From a virus: 64,000 nt of DNA. Below, piece by piece: positions 40,131 to 50,320 of this stretch; position 1 is the stretch's first letter, and every line of letters begins with the position of its first letter. Made by a program: the position numbers and the translations under genes. The notes beneath the pieces were generated by a model. The model saw only the letters and a list, made by a program, of their open reading frames with translations, was not told the DNA's origin and searched no databases. Location: the IMG/VR virus record IMGVR_UViG_3300032236_001530, positions 64,001 through 128,000 of that record. One strand, 5' to 3'.

Positions 40131-42377
40131 ATGGCTGTATATAGTGCCAAGTTAATATCAACAGTTGGTGTTCCACCAGTTCAAATAACCTTTGATTTAT
40201 TCAAAGATAACGTTCTTTTTAAAAACTATGCTGATACTTCAGGATTCACATTCAAGAAATCAGATAAACTATTTTACATAGTAGCTGGTGATTATTTTTG
40301 GACCGGTGCTGGTAAGTGGATTGGACCGGGACCAGAGGCTGATATTGCAAAGGATGCTAAAATAAATATTGATGGTTATACATTTTCTGATCCAACACCA
40401 CCAACTAGTCAACAAGTGGGTGGTTCTGCTAGTGGTGCTGCAAATGCGGTTGTTCCTAAAAAGCCAATCAATAAATTCATAACAGGTAAAGTAACAATCA
40501 CAAAGAAAAGTGGACCAGGTGAAATAACTGGTGTGACTGAACTTGAACTATCAGATAGTGGTAACACTGGAACAACAAACGTGACGTTCAAAGGTCTACA
40601 ATTTACCGACCCTGGTGATTATGTTTTGTCTATAACTTGCACATCAGGTGAAGTAGAACCAATGGAATTAAAAGTTACTGTTCTTAACTCAGATGCTGTG
40701 ATTGCTCAGCCAGAAAGTAAAGGTAGTAATACTGAACAAAAACCAATAGATGGTAACAGACCAATTATAGCTCAAATAGATAAACCAACAATTAAAGTCC
40801 CACCTATTACAATTAAACAGGACGGAACTGGTAATAGTGGTCAGGGTGCTTATACAAAAGGACTGGGTTATACCCCACTTATTTGGTATAAAGGATTTGC
40901 AATAGAAGAAAGATATATTTCTACTTTAAGATTATATCATGTTGGTTTGGTTCCTAAAATTGAATTTACATTTGAGGATACTAAAGATATATTAAAAGGC
41001 ACAACAACACCTACTGATGATTCTACCATTGATTTATTTTTGAACTCAAGTTCAAAAAACTTAAAGTCGATTCATATGGTCTTCAAAATTGAAAGTTTTG
41101 ACCAAGGTGCCGAAAAAGCAAGTCAAAAATATACTATTGTAGGCACTGTTAATATTCCCAATCTTTATCTTGTTGGTAATAATTCATATAACGATACATC
41201 TTTTAATTCTTTGAGAAAGATTTGCGGTGAATTAGAGATAGGCTTTAATTCAAATATAACAAATACTGATGATAAGATGGCTTGGAGAAATCCAAATAAA
41301 AAGATATTCGAATTCATGGATGATATTGTATCAAGGTCTTATATTTCGGATGAGTCTTTTATGGTTGGTTACATAGACTACTACTACTGTTTTAATTATG
41401 TTGATATTGAAAAAGAAATGAATAGAGATGCTTCAAATGATGTTGGTATAAACACCGCGGGTCTTTCTGAGCAATCCAATGCTGATGAGACTCAAAGAAT
41501 TGTACCTTTAAAGTTGACAAATGATCAAGCACAAACATCATCATCTAATTTTATTGGTTCTGTCGTTAGGGTAAATGATTCAACTAAAAAGTCATTAAAA
41601 GAAGGATATGCTACTGTGACCAAGTTTTATGATAGGATTAAAAAGCAGTTTTTAGTTTTTACAGTTGACTCAACAACATCAGACGGTAGTAAATCCATAA
41701 TTCTTAAAGGTGCTGAATATGATGATAAGTATCAAAAAGCAAATGTTAAGCACAAATTTGCAGGAAAAATAGATACAGATAATGTTCATAATAACTTTAA
41801 TTATTCAGCTACTCAAAACAGAATAAACTTAAATAATTTAAATAAGATTGCACTTAATGTTAATCTACCAAATGCTAATTGGAATTTATATAAATTTCAA
41901 AAAGTTGATGTTCAGTTAATTAATAAATCATCGACATTTGCTAACCCTAGTATTATGGATCATAGATATTCTGGCTATTATATTATAGCTGATATAGAGT
42001 ATATTTGGAGTAAGGGTAAGATGTCTCAAAATTTAAGATTAGTTAGAAAAGAACTTAATAAAACACCGGATGAGATTAAAAATGCACCACCTGTTCAAAC
42101 AAAACCAGAGGTTAAAGAAAATAACTTTAACCCAACAGGTACATCATCTGTTGTACCAGCACCAAATTCTGTCTACAATATTGGTCAGACTTATTTAGTA
42201 CAGGATAAGAATGGTAAGTTGTATAACCTTACTGTAACTAAACTTTTGGATGATGGTTTACAGGTTACTGGTACATTAAAAGAATCGCCGGTTGGTGCTT
42301 CGGCTAGTGGTCCTAATACATCACCGGTTGGTACAAATACATCAATTAACCCAGCTACACAATCTACTAGCTTATAA
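40131..42377 (+). CDS. Probable baseplate hub / tail structural protein
   Basis: Context before the lysozyme and gp5 genes; C-terminal YSGYYII.DIEY pattern typical of hub proteins. Confidence 0.45.
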   Translation: MAVYSAKLISTVGVPPVQITFDLFKDNVLFKNYADTSGFTFKKSDKLFYIVAGDYFWTGAGKWIGPGPEADIAKDAKINIDGYTFSDPTPPTSQQVGGSASGAANAVVPKKPINKFITGKVTITKKSGPGEITGVTELELSDSGNTGTTNVTFKGLQFTDPGDYVLSITCTSGEVEPMELKVTVLNSDAVIAQPESKGSNTEQKPIDGNRPIIAQIDKPTIKVPPITIKQDGTGNSGQGAYTKGLGYTPLIWYKGFAIEERYISTLRLYHVGLVPKIEFTFEDTKDILKGTTTPTDDSTIDLFLNSSSKNLKSIHMVFKIESFDQGAEKASQKYTIVGTVNIPNLYLVGNNSYNDTSFNSLRKICGELEIGFNSNITNTDDKMAWRNPNKKIFEFMDDIVSRSYISDESFMVGYIDYYYCFNYVDIEKEMNRDASNDVGINTAGLSEQSNADETQRIVPLKLTNDQAQTSSSNFIGSVVRVNDSTKKSLKEGYATVTKFYDRIKKQFLVFTVDSTTSDGSKSIILKGAEYDDKYQKANVKHKFAGKIDTDNVHNNFNYSATQNRINLNNLNKIALNVNLPNANWNLYKFQKVDVQLINKSSTFANPSIMDHRYSGYYIIADIEYIWSKGKMSQNLRLVRKELNKTPDEIKNAPPVQTKPEVKENNFNPTGTSSVVPAPNSVYNIGQTYLVQDKNGKLYNLTVTKLLDDGLQVTGTLKESPVGASASGPNTSPVGTNTSINPATQSTSL

Positions 42378-42391
42378 AATAATATAAATAA

Positions 42392-43255
42392 ATGGCAACA
42401 CAAAGTTTAAATATTACAACACCTGTTACAAATCCACCTTTGGATAAGATTCAACAACCTCAAGAAGTTGGCTATACATTTAATGTTGAGAAGAAAGACA
42501 CATTTGTTATCGTTGGTGGTTCTATGAGTGGTGTGCAATTCACTATTGTTCCAAATGATGGTGTTGTTTATATAACTAATGATAGTATTAATAATAACAC
42601 TGAAGATGAGTTAGGAGATGAATATACTGAGAGTCAATTTTCTGGTGTTGAGGAAACTGCCGTTAAACTAGAATACACCCCAAGTCCTGATGATAAACAA
42701 GCTGTTATTACTGATACAAAATCACTAGATGGTCCAGTTGAAATAACCAAACCTAAAGATGGTAGTATGACTGTTAGTTTACAAGGTTTGCGTAATTTGA
42801 AAAAACATGAAGGATCTAGGAGTACTGTTTATGATGACAAAACGGGTAAATCAATATCTTCCTGGAATGAATGTATTGGTTTCCCAACTATTGGAGTTGG
42901 TCATCTTATCCAAAATAATGAAAAATCAGCATTTAGTAAATTCCTAAAACCAGGTGCAATGAGTGATAGTGAGATAGATAATTTATTATTAAAAGATTTA
43001 CAAGAAAGAATTAACGGTTTAAATAAAAAGCTAAAAGTTAAAGTAAGTCAAAATCAATTCGATTCTCTTTTATCTATGGGATTTAATACAGGTTTTGCTA
43101 ATCCTAGTTTCTTAAAAGCTATTGATTTGACAAACCAAGGTAGATTCAAGGATGCTTCTGAACAAATAAGAAGTGGTCCAAAAACTTCTAAAGGTGTTGT
43201 CTTGGCTGGTCTAGAGAGAAGAAGAAATGATGAAGCTAATACTTATATAGCTTAA
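42392..43255 (+). CDS. GH24 phage lysozyme with N-terminal extension
   Basis: HEG....YDD, TIG.GH, QNQFD.L.S..FN.G, L.GL.RRR..EA. Confidence 0.85.
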   Translation: MATQSLNITTPVTNPPLDKIQQPQEVGYTFNVEKKDTFVIVGGSMSGVQFTIVPNDGVVYITNDSINNNTEDELGDEYTESQFSGVEETAVKLEYTPSPDDKQAVITDTKSLDGPVEITKPKDGSMTVSLQGLRNLKKHEGSRSTVYDDKTGKSISSWNECIGFPTIGVGHLIQNNEKSAFSKFLKPGAMSDSEIDNLLLKDLQERINGLNKKLKVKVSQNQFDSLLSMGFNTGFANPSFLKAIDLTNQGRFKDASEQIRSGPKTSKGVVLAGLERRRNDEANTYIA

Positions 43256-43275
43256 TAAATTTAATATATAGTTTT

Positions 43276-45243
43276 ATGAGTATTTTTAGTAGTGATTCGG
43301 TTAGCTCAATAAGTTCAAATGCAATTGATGCCGCAAAAGGCACAGTTACTGGCGTTGTTAGTTCGATAAACGGAATAAGTAAAACTGATGGTATTAGTCC
43401 AATCTCACTAATAGGTAGAGGTGGTGTTAGAGAAAAGCCAGGTTTTACTCCAAATGAATCATATGCTTCTAATTTAGGTAATAAAGGTACATCAAGTGGT
43501 CATTCTAATGATACCTGGTTTGGTGTTTTACTAAGCACTCACCCTGATTACTCTGGTACTAATACCACAAATACAAAACCTTTATCTACAATAGATAGAT
43601 TTGAAAAGTCAAAATCCTATCCAAATTTTTCAAGTGAAATAATAGATCCTTCTAATCATTTTTCTACAAGAGACTACTATAATTTATTTGGCGATTTATC
43701 AACAGACTATTTTAAACATGGTTTATATGAATACACACCATTAAGACCTGATAAAAATAATAGAGAAGTCTGGGATGGTAAAGAAGAATACCCTTTAAGA
43801 TTAGCTCAGTTTAAGACTACTCCTTTTGAGAATAACGACCCTGTTTTATTTGGATTTGAAATAGTTATAGACGCTGTTAGTTCACCTTTATTAAATGGTG
43901 CAGTTGAAGATTTTATAAATCAATTTAGTTCAATAAGTGAGGTTGGTGCTAGAAAATATGTTATTGCTGATTTTAAAGAACAATTTAGTAAGTTATTTAA
44001 GACTAAGGGTAAAATATTTAGAGATAATGGTGTGGATATAAAAACATCAATTAAAAATCAATATGTTGGTGATGATAAACAAACAACCATTTCAATGGCT
44101 GGTCATTTATCTTATTTATCTTATTATCTAAAAAAGGTGGCTGGTTTGGAAATGCTTATAGAGTCAAATACACCATCTAAAAAGAAATATTTAACAGATT
44201 ATAGAAATGATGTTATTAAAATGACATTCGCTGAGGATATCTCTTTATCTATGGGTACTTTGGCACATCTTTATAAATTATTATATTGGTCAAAAGCAAA
44301 TGGTAAGTATGTTATACCAGACAATCTATTAAGATTTAATTGTAACATTATAGTATCAGAGGTTAGAAACTTAAATAGAGTTAGAAAAGCATTAGACACT
44401 CTTAATTTAGAAGTTGTTAAAGATAATGTAAGTAGACATGTTTACTCGTTGAAAGAATGTCAGTTATACTTTGACCAACCTGCTCACGAAGGTGAGATTG
44501 ACCTATCGCAACCTACTAAGGATTTTGATCAATTCGTAGTAACTATGGATTATAAATTTGTTAGCTCTAAATTTGAAAGATGGGTACCTAATGGCTTTGG
44601 ATGGGGTATGTATGCTGGTTATGACAACGGTGCAATGTGGAAGATAGGTAATCCTGGATCTAGAGGAACTCAGTCAACTGATAATGCTGGTACGATTAAT
44701 GATAACTCTGTGCCTAAATTCTTTACATCAAATATTAATCAATTTGGTCAAAATGGTGTTAAGATACCTTTAGTTTTAGAAGCATATGGTATATCAGCTG
44801 ATTCTATATCAAAAGCACAAACTTCCGGTGCTAATGCAACAGATGGTGGTGCTGGTCCAAATGATACATCTAATACAGCTCCTAAAGATAATAGTAGAAC
44901 ACCTCAAAAGAAAACAGACTTTCAAAACTTTATAGACAATTCTAAAAAAGCTAGTATTAAATTAGCAAAAAATTTAGAAAAAGCAGCTATAAAGGAATTA
45001 CAAGGTCAAGTTAATATAAGACTTAGATTGTTAAATAACACCTTAGATAAGCTTAGAAATGAAGCTGGTATAGGTAGAATGAGAGAACCAACTAATGTTT
45101 ATAAAACATATAGTAATCCATTAGGTATTTCATCTAACTTTTTCTTTGATGTTCATAATTCACTAAGAGATTTTGCTGGTGAGTCAGTTGGTGGTGCTTT
45201 AGGTGGAATATTAAAAGGTGGTAATAACACTACATTATTTTAA
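43276..45243 (+). CDS. Probable virion structural protein
   Basis: Large ORF in the baseplate module; TAATATATA box upstream. Confidence 0.45.
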   Translation: MSIFSSDSVSSISSNAIDAAKGTVTGVVSSINGISKTDGISPISLIGRGGVREKPGFTPNESYASNLGNKGTSSGHSNDTWFGVLLSTHPDYSGTNTTNTKPLSTIDRFEKSKSYPNFSSEIIDPSNHFSTRDYYNLFGDLSTDYFKHGLYEYTPLRPDKNNREVWDGKEEYPLRLAQFKTTPFENNDPVLFGFEIVIDAVSSPLLNGAVEDFINQFSSISEVGARKYVIADFKEQFSKLFKTKGKIFRDNGVDIKTSIKNQYVGDDKQTTISMAGHLSYLSYYLKKVAGLEMLIESNTPSKKKYLTDYRNDVIKMTFAEDISLSMGTLAHLYKLLYWSKANGKYVIPDNLLRFNCNIIVSEVRNLNRVRKALDTLNLEVVKDNVSRHVYSLKECQLYFDQPAHEGEIDLSQPTKDFDQFVVTMDYKFVSSKFERWVPNGFGWGMYAGYDNGAMWKIGNPGSRGTQSTDNAGTINDNSVPKFFTSNINQFGQNGVKIPLVLEAYGISADSISKAQTSGANATDGGAGPNDTSNTAPKDNSRTPQKKTDFQNFIDNSKKASIKLAKNLEKAAIKELQGQVNIRLRLLNNTLDKLRNEAGIGRMREPTNVYKTYSNPLGISSNFFFDVHNSLRDFAGESVGGALGGILKGGNNTTLF

Positions 45244-45275
45244 TACCAAAAGTGATACTTTTTTATATATAATTT

Positions 45276-47381
45276 ATGAAAGTTGAAAGTGGTAAAACTT
45301 ATGTTGGTGTAGTTGAAGATAACAACGATCCTAAAAAACTTGGTAGAGTTAAAGTTAGAGTATTGGATGTTTTTGATAATACACCTATAGCTGATATACC
45401 TTGGGCTAATCCTTGGAAGGATTTATCAGGTGATCATTTTGCACTTCCTGATAAAGGGAAAGTAGTTACCGTTGTTTTTGAAAATGCTAATAGTAATAAT
45501 CCCGAATTTATTTTTTCGGATCATTATAATGTTAATTTAGAAAAGAAATTATCACAATTAGGAGAATCTGATTACTTATCAACGAAGTCCCTTATCTTTG
45601 ACCATAAGACACAAGTTTATGTTAATGATGGTGAAGGTCTTAAACTAGACCATAAGTTCAACCTTATTAATATTAAAGAAAAATCCATTGATATAAATCT
45701 TAAAGATAACTTTGGTAAAATCAATTTAGGTACTGCTAATTCAACTCAAAGAACAATCCTTGGTGATAACTTCTTAAATTGGTTTGATGATTTTGTTAGT
45801 ATTCTAATGGGTTCTAAAGGTGGTCCTTTCTTGGGTAACTTGGGTGCTCCTGTTGTGGCAACACCTGCTTTACTTGGTAGTTTACAATTGTATCAACAAT
45901 TAAAAGATCCTAAATTCTTATCTAAAAATGTTTATGCGGTTGATAATGAAAATGTTGCTAAACTAGATAGAATTGCTGAGGGTCAAAAAGGTGACACTTG
46001 GGCTTCTACAGTTAAAGATAATGAAGTAACATCTAAAGAGCCTGTTAATTTCAAACCAACTGATGGTTCGACAGATACTACTTTTGACCAACCACCAGTT
46101 AATGCGCCTTTATCACCTACTCAGTCTGTTGCTACTGGTTTAACTTCTTCAACTCCTACTCCTAAGCAAAATCCAGATGTTGATATTATTATAGAATTAT
46201 TAAAGATGAAGAATTACACTCTTTATGAAGATGTAATGAAAATTAATATAATTGCTATAAGAAATCAATGTCAAGTAATTGGTGATAAATATACTGACTT
46301 ATTTTCGGATAGATTATACGCTATGTTCAAAAAAGAAGATGGTTCTTGGGAACTAAAGCAATACATGATTTCAACAGTACCAGGTCTTGAATTTACAGTA
46401 ACTGATAGTTGGCTATCAGAAAAGAACTTCACTAATATAAGTCCTTGGGTTGGCTCAACTGGTAAGAAAATATTTATGAAAGAGTATGCTAAAAATGCTG
46501 GTACGGTTAATGGTGACCCTAACTTGAAAAACGGATTACCTATTTTAGTACCTTCTCAATATATTGATTTATATTATTTATCACAATATAAAGGAGCTAA
46601 AGCCTTTTTGGTTATAAATGGAGCCAGTCAGTTAGTCTGGAGAGATAGTGATACTGATAATCCAGATATTTTTAATCCTAATAATTATACAACACCTGAG
46701 TTACTAACTCCTAATAACCTTGTTGATAATGGTCTTAAATTCCATTTAGGTTATCCGGGAGGTCAAAAAGTTGGAAACTGGTCTGAAGGTTCTCAAGTAT
46801 TCTCTAATGCTGAAAGCTTAAATGAGTTCTTTGGATATTGTGAGAAACATAAAGAAAAATATGATAATAAATTTACTTATACTTTAGCAACTAAGAATGA
46901 TTGGGATGAAGCGGTTAAAGCTATCGACTCTAATAAGAAGTCTGATAATTTAAGTCCAACTCAAAGTCAAACAGTTCAATCAGCCACTCAAAGTGTGAAT
47001 CCTCAACCCGATGCTAGTAATTTAGGTGGTACTCAAAGTTCTACCGCTACTGCTTCTACCGCTACTCAAAGTTCGGTTATTAATACTAACACTAGTAGTC
47101 CAACTCAGTTTACTATTGGTATATTAAATCCAACTTCAGAAGCTAGTAAAAAAGTTTCTGGTACGGTTACTATTAGTAGACAAGGTTTATTATATACCGC
47201 AACTGGTATAATATCTGGTTTCCCTGATGGTAATACAATAGGTCCAATTTCGGGAGCACCACTTTCAGGTGGAACAGATATAATTGACTCATTGGTTAAT
47301 GAAATGATGATTAATTTAGAAAATTCAATAGCATCAAATTATAATGTTAAGGTTAAACTAATTGTTGTTGAGAAAAAATAA
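45276..47381 (+). CDS. gp5/VgrG-like baseplate spike (N-terminal OB-fold) with an L,D-transpeptidase-like domain
   Basis: YVGVVEDNNDP.KLGRVKVRV...IPWA.P; later FH...WSEGSQV. Confidence 0.75.
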   Translation: MKVESGKTYVGVVEDNNDPKKLGRVKVRVLDVFDNTPIADIPWANPWKDLSGDHFALPDKGKVVTVVFENANSNNPEFIFSDHYNVNLEKKLSQLGESDYLSTKSLIFDHKTQVYVNDGEGLKLDHKFNLINIKEKSIDINLKDNFGKINLGTANSTQRTILGDNFLNWFDDFVSILMGSKGGPFLGNLGAPVVATPALLGSLQLYQQLKDPKFLSKNVYAVDNENVAKLDRIAEGQKGDTWASTVKDNEVTSKEPVNFKPTDGSTDTTFDQPPVNAPLSPTQSVATGLTSSTPTPKQNPDVDIIIELLKMKNYTLYEDVMKINIIAIRNQCQVIGDKYTDLFSDRLYAMFKKEDGSWELKQYMISTVPGLEFTVTDSWLSEKNFTNISPWVGSTGKKIFMKEYAKNAGTVNGDPNLKNGLPILVPSQYIDLYYLSQYKGAKAFLVINGASQLVWRDSDTDNPDIFNPNNYTTPELLTPNNLVDNGLKFHLGYPGGQKVGNWSEGSQVFSNAESLNEFFGYCEKHKEKYDNKFTYTLATKNDWDEAVKAIDSNKKSDNLSPTQSQTVQSATQSVNPQPDASNLGGTQSSTATASTATQSSVINTNTSSPTQFTIGILNPTSEASKKVSGTVTISRQGLLYTATGIISGFPDGNTIGPISGAPLSGGTDIIDSLVNEMMINLENSIASNYNVKVKLIVVEKK

Positions 47382-47405
47382 ATATCTCAATTAATATATA
47401 CATTA

Positions 47406-48098
47406 ATGAAACACTTAAAGAATTTTCAATTATTTGAATCTAAAAAAGAAGAGCCTTCTAAAAAGTCTCAAGAAATGATCGATGCTTTTAAGAAAAAGTA
47501 TGGTACTGAATTAGATGAAAAATTTGATGTTGACCAAATAAAATTGATTGAAAGTGCTTTTGAATTTTTTGATAAAAAGTTTATCAAAAATAAAATTGAA
47601 AAAATAATACTTGATGACTTGGGTGGTGTTCATGGTAGATGGTCGGAAACAAAGACTAAAAAACAAATGACACTTAATCCTTCTATATTCAAATTCAAAA
47701 AAGAGTTTGAGAATGGTTCTAAAGATATCCCTTATAAAGAGTTTGTTATTGTTCATGAGATAGGTCATTGTGTTGACCATGTTGAAAGAGTTTCTTATTC
47801 TAAAACATGGCAAGCTATCTCTGGTTGGAAAAGACTAGATAGAGATAAACCCGTTCCAGAAGGATATGTTAGATATGTGGAAGAAAGAAAAGGTAGAGAA
47901 ATAGCTGGTCCTAAAAAATCAAACTGGATTCATAAAAAAGATGCTTTTTTCTGTAGAAAATATACTTCTAGAAATCCAAGAGAAGATTTTGCGGATTGTT
48001 TTGCGTTTGGTGTGTTTGGTGATTGGGATAGATTCAAAGGTGAAGGTGGTGAAAAGAAAATGGCTATTATTAAAGCCACATTAAAGAAAGTAGATTAA
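47406..48098 (+). CDS. Zincin-like metallopeptidase with an MKHLKNFQLFE leader
   Basis: VHEIGH and NPREDFAD. Confidence 0.65.
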   Translation: MKHLKNFQLFESKKEEPSKKSQEMIDAFKKKYGTELDEKFDVDQIKLIESAFEFFDKKFIKNKIEKIILDDLGGVHGRWSETKTKKQMTLNPSIFKFKKEFENGSKDIPYKEFVIVHEIGHCVDHVERVSYSKTWQAISGWKRLDRDKPVPEGYVRYVEERKGREIAGPKKSNWIHKKDAFFCRKYTSRNPREDFADCFAFGVFGDWDRFKGEGGEKKMAIIKATLKKVD

Positions 48099-48745
48099 TC
48101 TAAATCAGCGGCTTGAACCGTATCTTTATTGTAAATATAGATTATAATATTAGATATCTTTTCACCTTCTAATAAATCCAATAAATCATCAATATCTGTT
48201 GAAGTCTTTGTTAATGATATAGTTTCTGTTTCTCTCATTTCTTTAGATTTTGTTACTTTCATAGTAAACTCAGCATCTAACATTTTTAATTTACCCTGAA
48301 CATCTAATAAATCCTCAACTATTTCTTCATTTGTGTTATATTTAATACTAACTATATCGACAACAAAAGCACCAAAGTCAAAGTTACCAGAATCTTCAAC
48401 GTCATCTGTTCTATCTAACAAAGGTTGGATACAATCCATTATATCTCTATAATCAACATTTATATTAAAAGCTTGTAGGAATGATTCTTGAGAACCGTCG
48501 TGTATTTCATATTGGAAATAATCTTTATAATCTTCTTCTACTTGGTCAATAAATTGGTCAAGAAGTGATTTTGTTTTACTCGTAAAAACACCATTACCTG
48601 GTCCTTGAACATTTGATTGTAGATTAGATTCAATATGATCTATTAAAGGTTTGAATATCTCTTCCCAATCAACCGGATTTGTAAGTGGGCTCATTTCACG
48701 AGTTTCACTTTTAGTTTCTAATATAAGTTTAGAGAATTTTTTCAT
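48095..48745 (-). CDS. Acidic hypothetical protein with an MKKFSKLILE leader
   Basis: 216-aa ORF; TAATATATA box upstream. Confidence 0.6.
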   Translation of the reverse strand: MKKFSKLILETKSETREMSPLTNPVDWEEIFKPLIDHIESNLQSNVQGPGNGVFTSKTKSLLDQFIDQVEEDYKDYFQYEIHDGSQESFLQAFNINVDYRDIMDCIQPLLDRTDDVEDSGNFDFGAFVVDIVSIKYNTNEEIVEDLLDVQGKLKMLDAEFTMKVTKSKEMRETETISLTKTSTDIDDLLDLLEGEKISNIIIYIYNKDTVQAADLD

Positions 48746-48771
48746 CTCTTTATATATTAAATACTCAAAAG

Positions 48772-49203
48772 CTATTTCTCGTTTAAGATTTGATTTATTA
48801 TTTGTTCTCTTTTCATTAATGGATCTTCTACAAAAACGCCTCTAATCATATAGGATTGATTTTGAGAAATATTTGGCGCATTAGAAACAACATCGTTTGT
48901 AATCATAATGTTATACAGTACAAAGAAATTATTGGGATTATTAGACATTAATATCTTAAAATCACCAATTGTGTCACATTTGTACGATAAACAAGTATAA
49001 TTTCTTCCTTTGAACTCAAATGCTGGTGATTCAGATATGAAATAAACTCTATCTTCTATATAATTAGCTATTTCAAACAAAATAGATGGTTCAATTACAG
49101 ATTGAAAGGGTGAAAAATTCATACTATTTGATGTCTTTTTACAAACTTCTTCATTTATTTTTACAACTCTTTCTTCTTTAGTTAAATGTGAAACTTGTAT
49201 CAT
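48772..49203 (-). CDS. Hypothetical protein
   Basis: C-terminal REQIINQIL; ends in TAG. Confidence 0.55.
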   Translation of the reverse strand: MIQVSHLTKEERVVKINEEVCKKTSNSMNFSPFQSVIEPSILFEIANYIEDRVYFISESPAFEFKGRNYTCLSYKCDTIGDFKILMSNNPNNFFVLYNIMITNDVVSNAPNISQNQSYMIRGVFVEDPLMKREQIINQILNEK

Positions 49204-49205
49204 TT

Positions 49206-49862
49206 TTATTTTCTTTTTATCACGATATCATCAATCATCCCGTACTTCTTAGCATCAACCGCAGTCATCCAATAGTCTCTATCACCGTCCTTACTAACTC
49301 TATCATAAGGTTGACCAGTTCTTTCGGAAATTATTTCATATAATTCCTTCTTTAATGAGTTGATTTCTTTAGCTTCAATTTCCATGTCAGAAGCTTGCTG
49401 CATCCAACCACCAAAACCTAAAGGTTGGTGAATCATCGTTCTACTTCTTTTAAGTGCTTTTCTTTTTCCTTTAGCCCCTGCGCATAAAATAACAGCTCCC
49501 ATAGATGCTGCTAGACCAGTATTAATTGTTACAATATCTGGTGTTACATATTCCATAACATCTAAAAGACCTAAACCAGAGTAAACTGACCCACCAGGTG
49601 AGTCTATATAAATTTTAATATCTTCGTCACTTTCACTTTCTAAATAAAGTAGTTGAGCTTTGATGATGTTACATACATCCGAATCAATCTCATCGGATAA
49701 AAAAATGATTCTATCATCTAATAATTTTGAAAAGATATCTACTGGTAACCCATTAGATTCTATGAGATGTGAATTTACACTCTTTTTATTTAACTTTCTA
49801 AAGTAGTCATCTATCTTTGTCCCACTAATACTTTGCATTGCATATTTTCTAAAATCATTCAT
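49206..49862 (-). CDS. clpP: ATP-dependent Clp protease proteolytic subunit
   Basis: DIFS.LL.DRIIFL, YIDSPGGSV, AASMG (Ser), MIHQP (His), DRDYWM (Asp). Confidence 0.95.
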   Translation of the reverse strand: MNDFRKYAMQSISGTKIDDYFRKLNKKSVNSHLIESNGLPVDIFSKLLDDRIIFLSDEIDSDVCNIIKAQLLYLESESDEDIKIYIDSPGGSVYSGLGLLDVMEYVTPDIVTINTGLAASMGAVILCAGAKGKRKALKRSRTMIHQPLGFGGWMQQASDMEIEAKEINSLKKELYEIISERTGQPYDRVSKDGDRDYWMTAVDAKKYGMIDDIVIKRK

Positions 49863-49975
49863 TTATCTAAAGAGTTTTTTATTTTTATTCAATAATATAA
49901 TAAAAGTTTACTATGTAAATAAAAGAGAAAAATGAGGTTACATATTTAATATATACTAAAAAATAATATAATATT

Positions 49976-50311
49976 ATGAAAACTACAATAGAAATTAAAG
50001 GTTATCAAATAGTTATTGACGAAACTGAAGAAATGGTTACCGTTACTGCTATGAAAGATGACGAAACTGTAGAGGAATTTACTTTAGATTTAGGTGAAGA
50101 AGCTCAAGGTGAAGAAGAAGCTCAAGGTGAAGAAGGTATCAAATCATTTGATGATTTTGGTGGTGAAGAAGAAGACTTCGGTGATGAAGAAGATGAAGAA
50201 GGAATGGAAGATGAAGAATCTGAAGAAGGCGCTCAAGAAATGGAAGATGGTGAAGAGGAAGAAGAATCTAAATTAGAATCATTCCAATCTTTTATCAATA
50301 AAAAGAAGTAA
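49976..50311 (+). CDS. Highly acidic protein
   Basis: Glu-rich; internal IKSFDDF and terminal LESFQSFIN. Confidence 0.6.
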   Translation: MKTTIEIKGYQIVIDETEEMVTVTAMKDDETVEEFTLDLGEEAQGEEEAQGEEGIKSFDDFGGEEEDFGDEEDEEGMEDEESEEGAQEMEDGEEEEESKLESFQSFINKKK

Positions 50312-50320
50312 TTTTTAACA

